Positions 1 through 8,354 of a DNA stretch of 49,566 nucleotides are shown piece after piece. A model generated the notes under the pieces. It searched no databases. It was not told where the DNA came from and saw only the letters and a list, made by a program, of their open reading frames with translations. The position numbers and the translations under genes were made by a program. Position 1 is the stretch's first letter, and each line of letters starts with the position of its first letter. This DNA comes from Bacteroidota bacterium (GTDB lineage: Bacteria; Bacteroidota; Ignavibacteria; SZUA-365), in contig JAGTUZ010000078.1 of NCBI GenBank assembly GCA_018224415.1, forward strand, positions 1 through 49,566, read 5' to 3'.

Positions 1-87
1 GCATTCGGATACGATGGAATCGGAACAACCCGCGAGAGCAAGGAACGCGGACAGGGCAAGGACGAAACGGACACGATATGTGCTCAT
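1..87 (-). CDS. lipoprotein, N-terminal fragment (gene continues past the left edge)
   Basis: My own translation of the minus strand from ATG at 87..85 gives MSTYRVRFVLALSAFLALAGCSDSIVSEC. This is a signal peptide with lipobox LAGC. Only 29 codons are visible, too short for the ORF track. Confidence 0.4.
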   Translation of the reverse strand, partial: MSTYRVRFVLALSAFLALAGCSDSIVSEC

Positions 88-313
88 AATGGCCTGACAA
101 GACGGTTGTGCATGGACTAGCAATAGGTCCGGGCGGTGAATGAAACGGATGATCTCGGCAATGAATGCTGCGGCAGGGCCGCACCGCCGACGCTCATCAA
201 CGTCATGGGTGCGGATGGATTCAGGCTCAGGACCGACCCCAGTATGTCAATCTAGATTACTTAAAACTTAAAACAATCAAGTGCCCGACGCAAGTCCGTC
301 CGCAATCTTTTTT

Positions 314-742
314 TCAATCGAGGAAAGAGAGGATAGTACGTTCGAAGCGCTGGAAGAGGATTTTGAGATCACGGGTGTCAACCAGGTTCCTGGCCATTTT
401 TATCGGCACCCATCGGCGGCGGCGGACGTGCTCTTCATCCCAATGTTCGCGGACTTCGGTGACCTGCATGCTGAACACCTGGACATGGCAAAGCCCATTC
501 CATTTGCGGTAGACGTATTCGCCGATGCGCTCGTCGGACACGATGCCATCGATTCCCGCCTCCTCCATCGCTTCTTTCCGCGCAGAGCCGCGCGCGCCCA
601 TTCCGGGTTCGATGACACCTTTCGGAATGATCCAGCGCTTGCGACGGGCAGTGGTGATGAGCAGGATCTCGATGCCGCGGTGCTGTCGTCGCCAGGGAAT
701 GACAGCGGACTGTTCGAAAAAATGTCGCGGGACTTTGGACAT
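314..742 (-). CDS. NUDIX-family hydrolase
   Basis: Last 142 codons of tracked ORF 314..1204, starting at ATG 742..740 (MSKVPRHFFEQSAVIPW...). Nudix-box core KEAMEEAGI fits the REUXEEXGU pattern. The upstream 154 codons of the tracked ORF are Arg-rich and overlap the next gene out of frame. Confidence 0.8.
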   Translation of the reverse strand: MSKVPRHFFEQSAVIPWRRQHRGIEILLITTARRKRWIIPKGVIEPGMGARGSARKEAMEEAGIDGIVSDERIGEYVYRKWNGLCHVQVFSMQVTEVREHWDEEHVRRRRWVPIKMARNLVDTRDLKILFQRFERTILSFLD

Positions 743-789
743 GGTTGCGAGGCTCGGATCAGCGAGAGGAATCAGTTCAGCAAAAGCAA

Positions 790-1077
790 TCAGATCAGGT
801 AGAGGAAAAGGAACACCGTATAAAAAACAGCACTGAAAAGAATGCCGATCAGCAGGTTCTTGACGAGTTGGCGAAGCGGAGTCCGTCCGACTGCGAACGA
901 GTAGCGCGCGGCGATGCCGCCCGTAAAGACGGCAATGCCGGTGTATCCGAGTGTCGCTGCGGCCAACGCGTCGACGCCGGCAAGCAGCGCGAGTGTTGGA
1001 CCGGCAAAAAACAGCAGCGCGCCCACACCGGCGGTTACGACATAGAGAACATGTCCCTCGGGTACCCGTCGCATCAC
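790..1077 (-). CDS. small integral membrane protein (95 aa), unknown function
   Basis: Almost entirely hydrophobic, consistent with about three helices. Its ATG overlaps the stop of the upstream gene (ATGA at 1074..1077), which suggests translational coupling. Confidence 0.55.
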   Translation of the reverse strand: MMRRVPEGHVLYVVTAGVGALLFFAGPTLALLAGVDALAAATLGYTGIAVFTGGIAARYSFAVGRTPLRQLVKNLLIGILFSAVFYTVFLFLYLI

Positions 1078-2018
1078 GGCGTGTCGAACGAATGGTCGAG
1101 GTGAATCGTGTCAGTGTCCGAACGCGGTTGTTGCGCATTGTGCGTCGAGTCGACGGACGCTGGTGCGTCGGCGGGATTCGCATGCTGCCTTGCACGTTCG
1201 GCATCGAGTTTCGTATAGTCGAGCTCGCTTCCCATCATGCTGTGGGGAATAAGGTACACCAGCAATGTGACGACTGCCGCCGCAAGGACGAACCAGCGCC
1301 GGAACGGCTGGCGTGCGGTGCGCTCCGTTGACCAGACGGCGGCCAGCGCAACCACCCAGGCGATGAAGGCAATCAGCGTTTTGTTGTCGGTGAGATCCGT
1401 TCCGAAGGGGAAGCCGGTCCAGAATGCACCAAAGGCATATTTCTGTACGATGGGTCCGAAGACAATTCCTCCGATCAACATCAGTCCTGTCGCCCAGATG
1501 GTCAATCCGCGCAGCCGGCCCTTCAGGCTGAACGCTTCGAGTCCCGCACGTGTGGATACAAACATCGCCAGAAACATGGCGATCACATGGGGAATCAGGG
1601 CCCAGTTCGGTACGGCACCTTTGAAGCGTGTGACGATGGATTCATGATCGGGTATGCGATGGGTGCGGCCCTGCTCGTCGAGTTCGATGAAATACTCGAG
1701 TTTCCCGGCGGGCGGCTGGTGGGGAAGCCAGGCGCGCAGTGTGTCTCCGTGGCGCTCGAGCGGGAGACGCGTCCATTCATCGTTGGTCTTGTAGCGTTTA
1801 TAGGCGAGTTCGCCCGTCACCGCACCGCCCGGATTGACAAGTGTTACCGGCTGGTCGCCGTCTCCACCGTGGGAGCGCGTCAGCGAGTATTGCACTATCG
1901 TGTTCTCCACATTGACCGCACCATCCACCGGATGGGTTGGTCCGGTTTTTCGCTGGTAATACGCGGAGGAAAGAGTGATGACCAGGGCGAGGATCCAGAG
2001 GAGAATACTGCGTTTCAT
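1074..2018 (-). CDS. membrane protein: N-terminal anchor, extracytoplasmic domain, then a multi-helix C-terminal half; unknown family
   Basis: ORF 1074..2159 trimmed to ATG 2018..2016 (MKRSILLWILALVITLSSAYY). About 140 soluble residues are followed by about five hydrophobic segments (IPHVIAMFLAMFV, IWATGLMLIGGIVFGPI, LIAFIAWVVALAAVW, FVLAAAVVTLLVYLI). Confidence 0.65.
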   Translation of the reverse strand: MKRSILLWILALVITLSSAYYQRKTGPTHPVDGAVNVENTIVQYSLTRSHGGDGDQPVTLVNPGGAVTGELAYKRYKTNDEWTRLPLERHGDTLRAWLPHQPPAGKLEYFIELDEQGRTHRIPDHESIVTRFKGAVPNWALIPHVIAMFLAMFVSTRAGLEAFSLKGRLRGLTIWATGLMLIGGIVFGPIVQKYAFGAFWTGFPFGTDLTDNKTLIAFIAWVVALAAVWSTERTARQPFRRWFVLAAAVVTLLVYLIPHSMMGSELDYTKLDAERARQHANPADAPASVDSTHNAQQPRSDTDTIHLDHSFDTP

Positions 2019-2240
2019 GTGGTTCAAGAGCGCGTGGAACAAGAAAGACAAGTTGAACAAGGCAGGCAATATGGGTAGCGGAGCGCTGGGATTCAAACCG
2101 CGAAGGTCACCCGGTAGTGTCGGGATGCAATTCAGCCCCGTGTGCGGTATCTTTCCCATTCGCTGTCCGTCCGGTGACCGTCAATCGGCAGGACGACCAG
2201 CGGGCCAATGATCAATCATCGCAGGAACAGAGGTGAAAAC

Positions 2241-4307
2241 ATGAAACTGCGTATCGCGTGGACAATGATCATCGTTATGACACTGCTGGCTGCGTGTGGC
2301 ACGCCGGAAAAAAAGGAAGGAGAAATCATGGACGGCTCGAGCATTTCGGGACAGGCCATCTCGGCTGCCCGGGACTCGCTGCTTGCCCGGCATGGCGAAG
2401 AATATCGTGATCGCATCGACCGCGGAGTGCAGCAGGTCGCCGCACTCTGGCGTGAGGAAGACGGAACAGCGGAAGATTTCCAGGCGTTCTGCCTCGCGCA
2501 GTTCATCGCCGACCCGGATCTGCTGCATGCAACGTTCGAGCGGTTGCAGCAGAATTTCATGCTGCTGGGCGGGTACTTCACAGAAATGCGCCGTGATCTC
2601 AACGCACCGCTGCAACTCGACCATGGCGCGATCCTTCCGGTGGATTACCTCTTCGGCAACTTCTCGCCTTCGGCGCATCTCGGAGAAGATCTCTATCGAA
2701 GCCGGATCGCGTTTACCGTACTGCTCAATTTCCCGCGCTCCACGCTGCAGCAGCGGCTCGAGGAGGGCGGCGCATGGTCGCGCCGGCAGTGGGCGGAAAT
2801 ACGTATGGCGGATCGCTTCCGGACACGGGTTCCCGCCGAAGTGAACCAGGCGCTGAACACGGCCTATACGAATGCCGACAACTACATTTCCAGCTACAAC
2901 ATCGTGATGCACAACGTCGTCAGCGGCGGGGAGCGCCTTTTTCCGGAGGGACTTGTCCTGATATCCCACTGGGGCCTGCGTGACGAACTCAAGGCGCAGT
3001 ACGCCAACGCCGATGGGCTGAAGCGGCAGCAACTCATCCAACGCATCATGGAGCACATCATTGCGCAAGAGATTCCCGCAGAGGTTGTTGACAATCCCGC
3101 AGTCGATTGGCACATCGATGATAACACCATAACGGCAAACGGCACGACCGGGAAGGGAGAGGCAGCTCCTCGGGAGGACGATGTGCGCTATCGCCACTGG
3201 CTGAACATCTTCCAGGCCGAACGTGGGCTTGACGCCCATACACCTGATAGTCCGACCCTGATCGCCAGGCGATTCAACGAGGACCGTGAAATCCCGGAAG
3301 AGACGGTCGAGAAACTTTTTGTTTCCATTCTCTCCTCGCCGGAAGTCCGGGAGACCGCAGAACGGATCAGCACGCGTCTCGGCCGCAAGCTCGAGCCGTT
3401 CGATATCTGGTATACGGGATTCAAGAGCAAGCCGGCAATGACCGAGGAAGAACTCGACCGCATCGTGGCTCGCAGATATCCGACCGTCGAGCGCTTCGAA
3501 TCGGACATTCCGAACATTCTTGTCCGACTCGGATTCAGCATCGACCGTGCGCGGTATCTCGCGGACAAGATCACGGTGGACGCCTCCCGCGGGGCGGGAC
3601 ATGCGATGGCCTCCGGCCGTCTGGTCGACAATGCGCGTCTGCGTACGCGCATCCCGGCGGATGGCATGAATTACAAGGGCTACAACATCGCCATCCATGA
3701 GCTCGGCCACAATGTCGAGCAGGTGCTGAGTTTCCAGCTGATGGACTACCCCGGGTTGCGCAGCGTACCCAACACCGCCTTCACGGAAGGTTTTGCCTTC
3801 GTGTTCCAGTCGCGGGATCTTGAACTTCTCGGCCTTCGTTCCGGTGCGCAGGAAACAAAATCCCTCGAGGTACTCGACGCGCTGTGGTCCACGTATGAAA
3901 TCGCAGGTGTCGCCCTTGTCGATATGCGCGTCTGGCGATGGATGTACGAACACCCCGATGCGACGCCTGCCCAGCTGCGCGAAGCAGTGATCGGTATTGC
4001 GAAGGAAGTGTGGAATACATATTACGCGCCGCTGTTCGGAGTGGAGGACGTCCCGCTGCTGGCGATCTACTCGCACATGATCGACGCGGGGATGTACACG
4101 CCCGACTATCCGCTCGGCCACATCATCGCATTCCAGATCGAGCGGTATCTCGAGGACAAAAATCTCGGTCAGGAGATGGAGCGCATGTGCGCCACCGGCA
4201 GCGTCACCCCCGAGCTTTGGATGCGAACCGCGGTCGGCGCGTCCATTTCCACCCAACCGCTGCTGGAAGCGGCCCGTGAAGCGCTTGACGTCACTGCGGC
4301 GCCGTGA
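2241..4307 (+). CDS. zinc metallopeptidase (HEXXH...E gluzincin), lipoprotein
   Basis: ORF 2208..4307 trimmed to ATG 2241, preceded by aggtga. Signal peptide with lipobox MKLRIAWTMIIVMTLLAAC. Zinc site AIHELGHNVEQ, with a Glu 26 residues after the second His (AFTEGFAF). Confidence 0.8.
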   Translation: MKLRIAWTMIIVMTLLAACGTPEKKEGEIMDGSSISGQAISAARDSLLARHGEEYRDRIDRGVQQVAALWREEDGTAEDFQAFCLAQFIADPDLLHATFERLQQNFMLLGGYFTEMRRDLNAPLQLDHGAILPVDYLFGNFSPSAHLGEDLYRSRIAFTVLLNFPRSTLQQRLEEGGAWSRRQWAEIRMADRFRTRVPAEVNQALNTAYTNADNYISSYNIVMHNVVSGGERLFPEGLVLISHWGLRDELKAQYANADGLKRQQLIQRIMEHIIAQEIPAEVVDNPAVDWHIDDNTITANGTTGKGEAAPREDDVRYRHWLNIFQAERGLDAHTPDSPTLIARRFNEDREIPEETVEKLFVSILSSPEVRETAERISTRLGRKLEPFDIWYTGFKSKPAMTEEELDRIVARRYPTVERFESDIPNILVRLGFSIDRARYLADKITVDASRGAGHAMASGRLVDNARLRTRIPADGMNYKGYNIAIHELGHNVEQVLSFQLMDYPGLRSVPNTAFTEGFAFVFQSRDLELLGLRSGAQETKSLEVLDALWSTYEIAGVALVDMRVWRWMYEHPDATPAQLREAVIGIAKEVWNTYYAPLFGVEDVPLLAIYSHMIDAGMYTPDYPLGHIIAFQIERYLEDKNLGQEMERMCATGSVTPELWMRTAVGASISTQPLLEAAREALDVTAAP

Positions 4308-4339
4308 CGGAGACGCGTGCACGCGTGACGGATACGCGT
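4303..4339. repeat. two 16-nt direct repeats CGTGACGGA(G/T)ACGCGT, 21 nt apart, containing a perfect 14-bp palindrome ACGCGTGCACGCGT (4313..4326)
   Basis: Read directly. Copy 1 is 4303..4318 (covers the peptidase stop codon) and copy 2 is 4324..4339. There are three ACGCGT sites within 27 nt (4313..4339), followed by ACACGT. Confidence 0.6.
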
Positions 4340-4435
4340 ACACGTTGGGAACGTTCGCGCAGTCCGCAATGCGAATGTCTCTGACGGAAACGTCTTCCGC
4401 TCGTTTGACTGCACGATGACGGCGAATAAACACGC

Positions 4436-4477
4436 AACAAAGGCTGCGGACACGATCCCGCGGCCTTTGTTGTTGTG
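4436..4477 (+). terminator. intrinsic terminator candidate downstream of the peptidase gene
   Basis: 14-bp stem aacaaaggctgcgg / ccgcggcctttgtt (one G-U pair), 8-nt loop, then gttgtg. Confidence 0.55.
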
Positions 4478-4502
4478 AAGGTAATAATTCCGGAATATTT
4501 GC

Positions 4503-5765
4503 ATGAACGAAACAAAGCATACAGACATCGTCATTCTCGGTGCCGGGTACGGGGGACTGAGCTGCGTGACGCGACTCTCGCGGAAATTTCGCCGGGATTC
4601 CAGCGTCCGTATTCACCTGGTCGACCGACACACCTATCATCTTCTCGAAACCCGGCTGCACGAACGCGCTGTGCGGGAGTCGGAAATCACGGTGCCGCTG
4701 TCGCGCTTCCTCGCGAAACGAAACAACGTCACGTTCCATCTCGGCGAAGTGACACATATCGGACTCGACGATCGTCATGTCGAGCTGGATTTCGGCAAGA
4801 CGCAGACAAGCACGGCACAGCCGCGGAGAATTCGCTACGACTATCTGGTTATTGCGCTTGGCAGCAAGACGAATTTCTACCAGATTCCCGGATTGGAGGA
4901 GCATGCCTTTCAGCTCAAGGAGCTTGAGGATTCCGAACGCATCCGGGATCACACCGAACAGATGTTTGCTATCGCCGCCTCGGAGACCAACCGAAACCGG
5001 AGAAAGGAGTTTCTCCGCTTCGTCATCGGAGGAGGAGGATTGACGGGGGTGGAACTCGCCACGGAACTTGCGGAGAGATTCGATGCGCTCAGCGAGCAGT
5101 ACCATCTTGATCCCTCGGAACCGGAGATGGTGCTGATCGAACTTGCCGATCGGATTCTTTCTTCACTGGATGGAAAACAGATCGCACGTTCGGTCGAGGC
5201 GATGCAAGCCATGGGCATACAGATCCATACCGGAACGCGTGTGACCGGCATGTCCGAGGAGGATGGAAGACTGCTCGTTCTTCGAAACCCGGGCGACCCC
5301 ATTCCCACACGCACCATGGTCTGGACGGGAGGTATCCGTATTTCCGATCTCATCCGCCGCAGCGGAGCCGAGACGGGTCCGCAGGGACGTGTCGTGGTCA
5401 ACGAATTCCTGCAGGTCAAACACTATCCGGAGGTGTTCGCGATCGGCGACAATGCGCTTGCCATGCAGCCTGGCAACGATCAGGCGGTGCCAACGGCCGC
5501 ACAGTTCGCCCTGCAGCAGGGGTATCTCACCGCAGACAATCTCCGGCGACTCGTCGGCGATCGTCCCTTGCGGCGGTACAAGCCGAAAGTCCTCGGTGAA
5601 GTTGTTTCTCTCGGGAAACATCTGGCGGTGGGCTGGGCTGCCATGCCCGTCGGCACACAGCTGCGTTTCATCGGCTTCCTCGGAAGCCTGATCAAGAGAG
5701 CGATCAGCGAACGCCACCTGTTTCTTCTCTGGAAGGAGCGGCAGAATTGGAGCGGACACTGGTAG
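4503..5765 (+). CDS. ndh: type II NADH dehydrogenase (NDH-2), FAD/NAD(P)-dependent oxidoreductase
   Basis: N-terminal dinucleotide fold DIVILGAGYGG and a second one FVIGGGGLTGVELA. Also IAIGD, and a length typical of NDH-2. Confidence 0.85.
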   Translation: MNETKHTDIVILGAGYGGLSCVTRLSRKFRRDSSVRIHLVDRHTYHLLETRLHERAVRESEITVPLSRFLAKRNNVTFHLGEVTHIGLDDRHVELDFGKTQTSTAQPRRIRYDYLVIALGSKTNFYQIPGLEEHAFQLKELEDSERIRDHTEQMFAIAASETNRNRRKEFLRFVIGGGGLTGVELATELAERFDALSEQYHLDPSEPEMVLIELADRILSSLDGKQIARSVEAMQAMGIQIHTGTRVTGMSEEDGRLLVLRNPGDPIPTRTMVWTGGIRISDLIRRSGAETGPQGRVVVNEFLQVKHYPEVFAIGDNALAMQPGNDQAVPTAAQFALQQGYLTADNLRRLVGDRPLRRYKPKVLGEVVSLGKHLAVGWAAMPVGTQLRFIGFLGSLIKRAISERHLFLLWKERQNWSGHW

Positions 5766-5801
5766 CAGCCGCACCGATGCCGGCATCGTTGCGGACTGCC
5801 C

Positions 5802-5843
5802 AAAAACAAACGGCCACGCTCCAGGCGCGGCCGTTTGTTTTTT
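5802..5843. terminator. bidirectional intrinsic terminator between convergent ndh and a T9SS cargo gene
   Basis: Stem aaacaaacggccacgc / gcgcggccgtttgttt (15 bp, one mismatch). It has an A-run on the left and a T-run on the right. Confidence 0.6.
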
Positions 5844-5854
5844 CACTCTGACAA

Positions 5855-6505
5855 TCATGATGTCTTGAGCATGGTCTCGACAAGTGTTCCATCATCAGTC
5901 TCCAACCTCACGGAATAGACGCCTGCCTGAAGCGATGCGGATCGAAAGGGGATGACGTGAAATCCTGCGGGGAGTCGCTGTGTGTTTCCGAACGCCTCCA
6001 GCTCACGACCAAATGCGTCGAACAGACGCATGCGCACCAAGCCTTCGTTTGGCAGCGCGAGTGAAATCTGGTTGTATTGGATGTGGGTGGTTCTCGTGAT
6101 CGCGCGCAGCCGGATCGACGCATCGAAATGCTCCGGTGTCACCGAGACGGCGGGAGTGACACGGGTTTTGCCAAAGACGTCGATCTGCCTGAGCCGGTAG
6201 AACAGGATCGTATTCTCCTGGACTTTGTCGGTGAAAGAGTAACGCTGTCCGCTCGTGTCTCCCAGTCCCATGCCGCGGACGTACGCAACGGTCCGCCATT
6301 TGGTGTCGAACTGGCTTCGCCGTTCAACCTCGAAGCCGAAGTTGTTCCGTTCGCCTGCTGTGCTCCAGTTCAGAGTGATCATGTCCCGGAAACGTGCCGC
6401 GGAAAATCGATCCAATACGATGTCCGAGGCAGCACCGTCACTGGAAGCGTGAAGCGGCGCTCCCATGAGGAGAAGGACAAAGGGTATGTATTTCGAAATG
6501 TTCAT
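5855..6505 (-). CDS. secreted protein with type IX secretion C-terminal sorting domain (paralog A)
   Basis: Signal peptide MNISKYIPFVLLLMGAPLHASS. Shares a core with the next gene (LNWSTAGERNNFGFEVERRSQFDTKW). The C-terminus (LPAGFHVIPF...GVYSVRLETDDGTLVETMLKTS) matches the T9SS CTD pattern. Confidence 0.75.
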   Translation of the reverse strand: MNISKYIPFVLLLMGAPLHASSDGAASDIVLDRFSAARFRDMITLNWSTAGERNNFGFEVERRSQFDTKWRTVAYVRGMGLGDTSGQRYSFTDKVQENTILFYRLRQIDVFGKTRVTPAVSVTPEHFDASIRLRAITRTTHIQYNQISLALPNEGLVRMRLFDAFGRELEAFGNTQRLPAGFHVIPFRSASLQAGVYSVRLETDDGTLVETMLKTS

Positions 6506-6511
6506 TATCGT

Positions 6512-6537
6512 GATTCCTATATTGTACGGTAGGAATC
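6512..6537 (-). promoter_or_regulatory. 8-bp inverted repeat in the 5' leader of paralog A
   Basis: gattccta-N10-taggaatc lies 7 nt upstream of ATG 6505. Confidence 0.3.
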
Positions 6538-6538
6538 A

Positions 6539-6553
6539 TCAATAGTCGTGCCA
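6539..6553 (-). promoter_or_regulatory. candidate sigma-54 (-24/-12) promoter, imperfect -12
   Basis: The minus strand reads TGGCAC-gacta-TTGA against consensus TGGCAC-N5-TTGC. It is oriented toward ATG 6505, about 35 nt downstream. I found no TTGnnn-N17-TAnnnT promoter for this gene. Confidence 0.3.
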
Positions 6554-6753
6554 AAATCAAAACATCGAATTTCAGGAAATAGGGAGCATAACAGGACATC
6601 GCGTGTCCGTTATACGGGCAGTAGGCGTTCGGAATCCGGATAGTGTTGGATTGGGTCTGTGCATCCCCGTCGGTCTGCGAAGGGTATCGTCGCCTTTCGG
6701 AAGGCGTCCTATCCTGTAGAGTACGTCGCCGACGTCGAAACGTGGGCCGAAGA

Positions 6754-7599
6754 TCAGAAAATGGCGAGACGTCGCGACTGCGCGCTGTTGCCTGATTCCA
6801 TGCGCAGATTGTAGATACCTGTCGGCAGGGACTGCGTGTTGAACGGAATAATATGATGTCCGGACGGCAGGTGTTCATCGAGCAATGACGCGACGGTGCG
6901 ACCGTAGCTGTCGGTCATGCTGATCGAAACGGTCATCTCGCTTCCCACGCCGAAAGACAGTGTGCCGAAGCGCGTGAAGGAATCCACATTGTGCTGCCAG
7001 ATAATGAAGGAATCCGGCACGAGATGCGGCATGACGCTGAGGGCCGGTGTCGGAATGCTGGCCCCGTCCGCGCCAACCTGGCGGATGCGATAATACGTCA
7101 CGCCATCGATCTCGTCGCGATCATAGAACGTGTATCCGTTGCGGTTCTCATTTTCGGTGGCCCGGAAATACTGAACGGTCGACCACTGCCCGTCGAGTTG
7201 GGAGCGGCGTTCGACGGCGAAGCCCAACGCGGAGGCGTTGGCTCGTACGTTCCAATTAATGCGAACGAGGCCTTTGATGAACGAACCTTCAAAGGAAAGG
7301 AAATCCGCCGGCTGTGCCGACCGGATGTGCGTACTCTCGATCGAAGGAAATGAGGACCTGTCGAGAAGGGCATCCCTGCTGAAATCGAATGCAACCCGTG
7401 CAGTCGCGTTGCTTGCAACGGGCGCGGGGGTTCCCTTGGTCGGGGCACCCGGAAGTTCGGTCACGACAATATCCAGCGCGGCAATCTGTGAGGACTGCGG
7501 TGCGGGTGCTGCCATGCACATCCATGTTCCCAGGACGAGCAGGCTGAAGATAAAAGACAATCGAGACATTTTTCTCACCGTGTTCTGAATGACGTTCAT
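6754..7599 (-). CDS. secreted protein with type IX secretion C-terminal sorting domain (paralog B)
   Basis: Signal peptide MSRLSFIFSLLVLGTWMCMAAPAP (after MNVIQNTVRK). Shared core INWNVRANASALGFAVERRSQLDGQW. CTD-like end LPSGHHIIPF...GIYNLRMESGNSAQSRRLAIF. Confidence 0.75.
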   Translation of the reverse strand: MNVIQNTVRKMSRLSFIFSLLVLGTWMCMAAPAPQSSQIAALDIVVTELPGAPTKGTPAPVASNATARVAFDFSRDALLDRSSFPSIESTHIRSAQPADFLSFEGSFIKGLVRINWNVRANASALGFAVERRSQLDGQWSTVQYFRATENENRNGYTFYDRDEIDGVTYYRIRQVGADGASIPTPALSVMPHLVPDSFIIWQHNVDSFTRFGTLSFGVGSEMTVSISMTDSYGRTVASLLDEHLPSGHHIIPFNTQSLPTGIYNLRMESGNSAQSRRLAIF

Positions 7600-7652
7600 T
7601 GTAGTCCTGTCAGAACAAGCGAGAAAGAGAGAGAGAGCAAGTGAGTGAAAAC

Positions 7653-7681
7653 AAATTAAGGAGCGGATTCCTGAAAAGCAA
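7653..7681 (-). promoter_or_regulatory. sigma-70-type promoter candidate for paralog B
   Basis: The minus strand reads TTGCTT-N17-TAATTT, about 55 nt upstream of ATG 7599. Confidence 0.4.
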
Positions 7682-7687
7682 GCAGAA

Positions 7688-7728
7688 AATTAAAAGAAAG
7701 AAAAACGGACCACACTCGTGATCCGTTT
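7688..7728 (-). terminator. intrinsic terminator after gmhA
   Basis: The minus strand reads aaacggatcac-gagt-gtggtccgttt (11 bp, one mismatch), followed by ttctttcttttaatttt. Confidence 0.7.
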
Positions 7729-7761
7729 CAATTCTCCTGCAGATTATGACGCGGCGGCGGG

Positions 7762-8340
7762 TTAATAGAGCTCCGGGTACAGTTCGCGCTCAACTGCTTC
7801 AATCACGATATGGACGATCTTGATATGCAGCTCCTGGATGCGATCGCTGGTCGCACCCGGTACAACAATCGGAATATCGCAGAGCGGCAGAAGCGTGCCT
7901 CCGCCTTTTCCGAGAAGTCCGACCGTGACGACGCCTCGACGCCGGGCCTCCTCTGCCGCACGGATGAGATTCGGCGAATTCCCGCTTGTGCTGAGCATCA
8001 GCAGCATATCGCCCTCCCGGCCGAGCGCCTGCACCTGTCGCGCAAAGACCTCGTTGAAACCGTAGTCATTTGCGACGCAACTCATGTGTCCCGGATCACT
8101 GAAAGCGATCGCGGGAAGCGGGGGACGTTCCTTGCGGTATCTCCCGCTCCATTCTTCTGCGAAATGCATGGCGTCGCTCATTGAACCGCCGTTTCCGCAG
8201 GACATGACCTTGCATCCGGCGCGGAACGTCGCCGCGAGACGGCCGGCGAACAGTTGGACACGCGGAAACTGGGTTGTGTCCTGAAGGAACAACGAAAGTA
8301 CATGCTGCGCTTCGTGGAACGAATGTTCAATGCTGTTCAT
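7762..8340 (-). CDS. gmhA: D-sedoheptulose-7-phosphate isomerase (SIS domain)
   Basis: 192 aa. SIS/GmhA motifs: CGNGGSMSDAMHFAEEW, LLMLSTSGNSPN, QELHIKIVH. Confidence 0.8.
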   Translation of the reverse strand: MNSIEHSFHEAQHVLSLFLQDTTQFPRVQLFAGRLAATFRAGCKVMSCGNGGSMSDAMHFAEEWSGRYRKERPPLPAIAFSDPGHMSCVANDYGFNEVFARQVQALGREGDMLLMLSTSGNSPNLIRAAEEARRRGVVTVGLLGKGGGTLLPLCDIPIVVPGATSDRIQELHIKIVHIVIEAVERELYPELY

Positions 8341-8354
8341 GTTCGCTCCGCAGG

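Noticed and set aside
314-1204. Long 5' extensions of tracked ORFs: 314..1204, 1074..2159, 10677..12218, 19106..20431, 35657..37153, 37920..38651 and 41228..42244.
   Set aside because: The extra N-terminal parts are Arg/Cys-rich, overlap neighbouring genes or terminators, and precede obvious signal peptides or canonical N-termini. I moved the starts to internal ATGs supported by RBS, signal peptide or family N-terminus.
2181-5105. 974-aa minus-strand ORF, the longest in the track.
   Set aside because: It runs antisense across two well-supported plus-strand genes (HEXXH peptidase, NDH-2) and across the terminator-containing spacer between them. Its product is Arg/Asp/His-rich with no motifs. 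This is a typical stop-poor shadow frame of high-GC DNA.
7621-7638. (GA)n-like microsatellite gagaaagagagagagagc in the leader of T9SS paralog B.
   Set aside because: It is short, imperfect and in the untranslated leader. I see nothing beyond low complexity.
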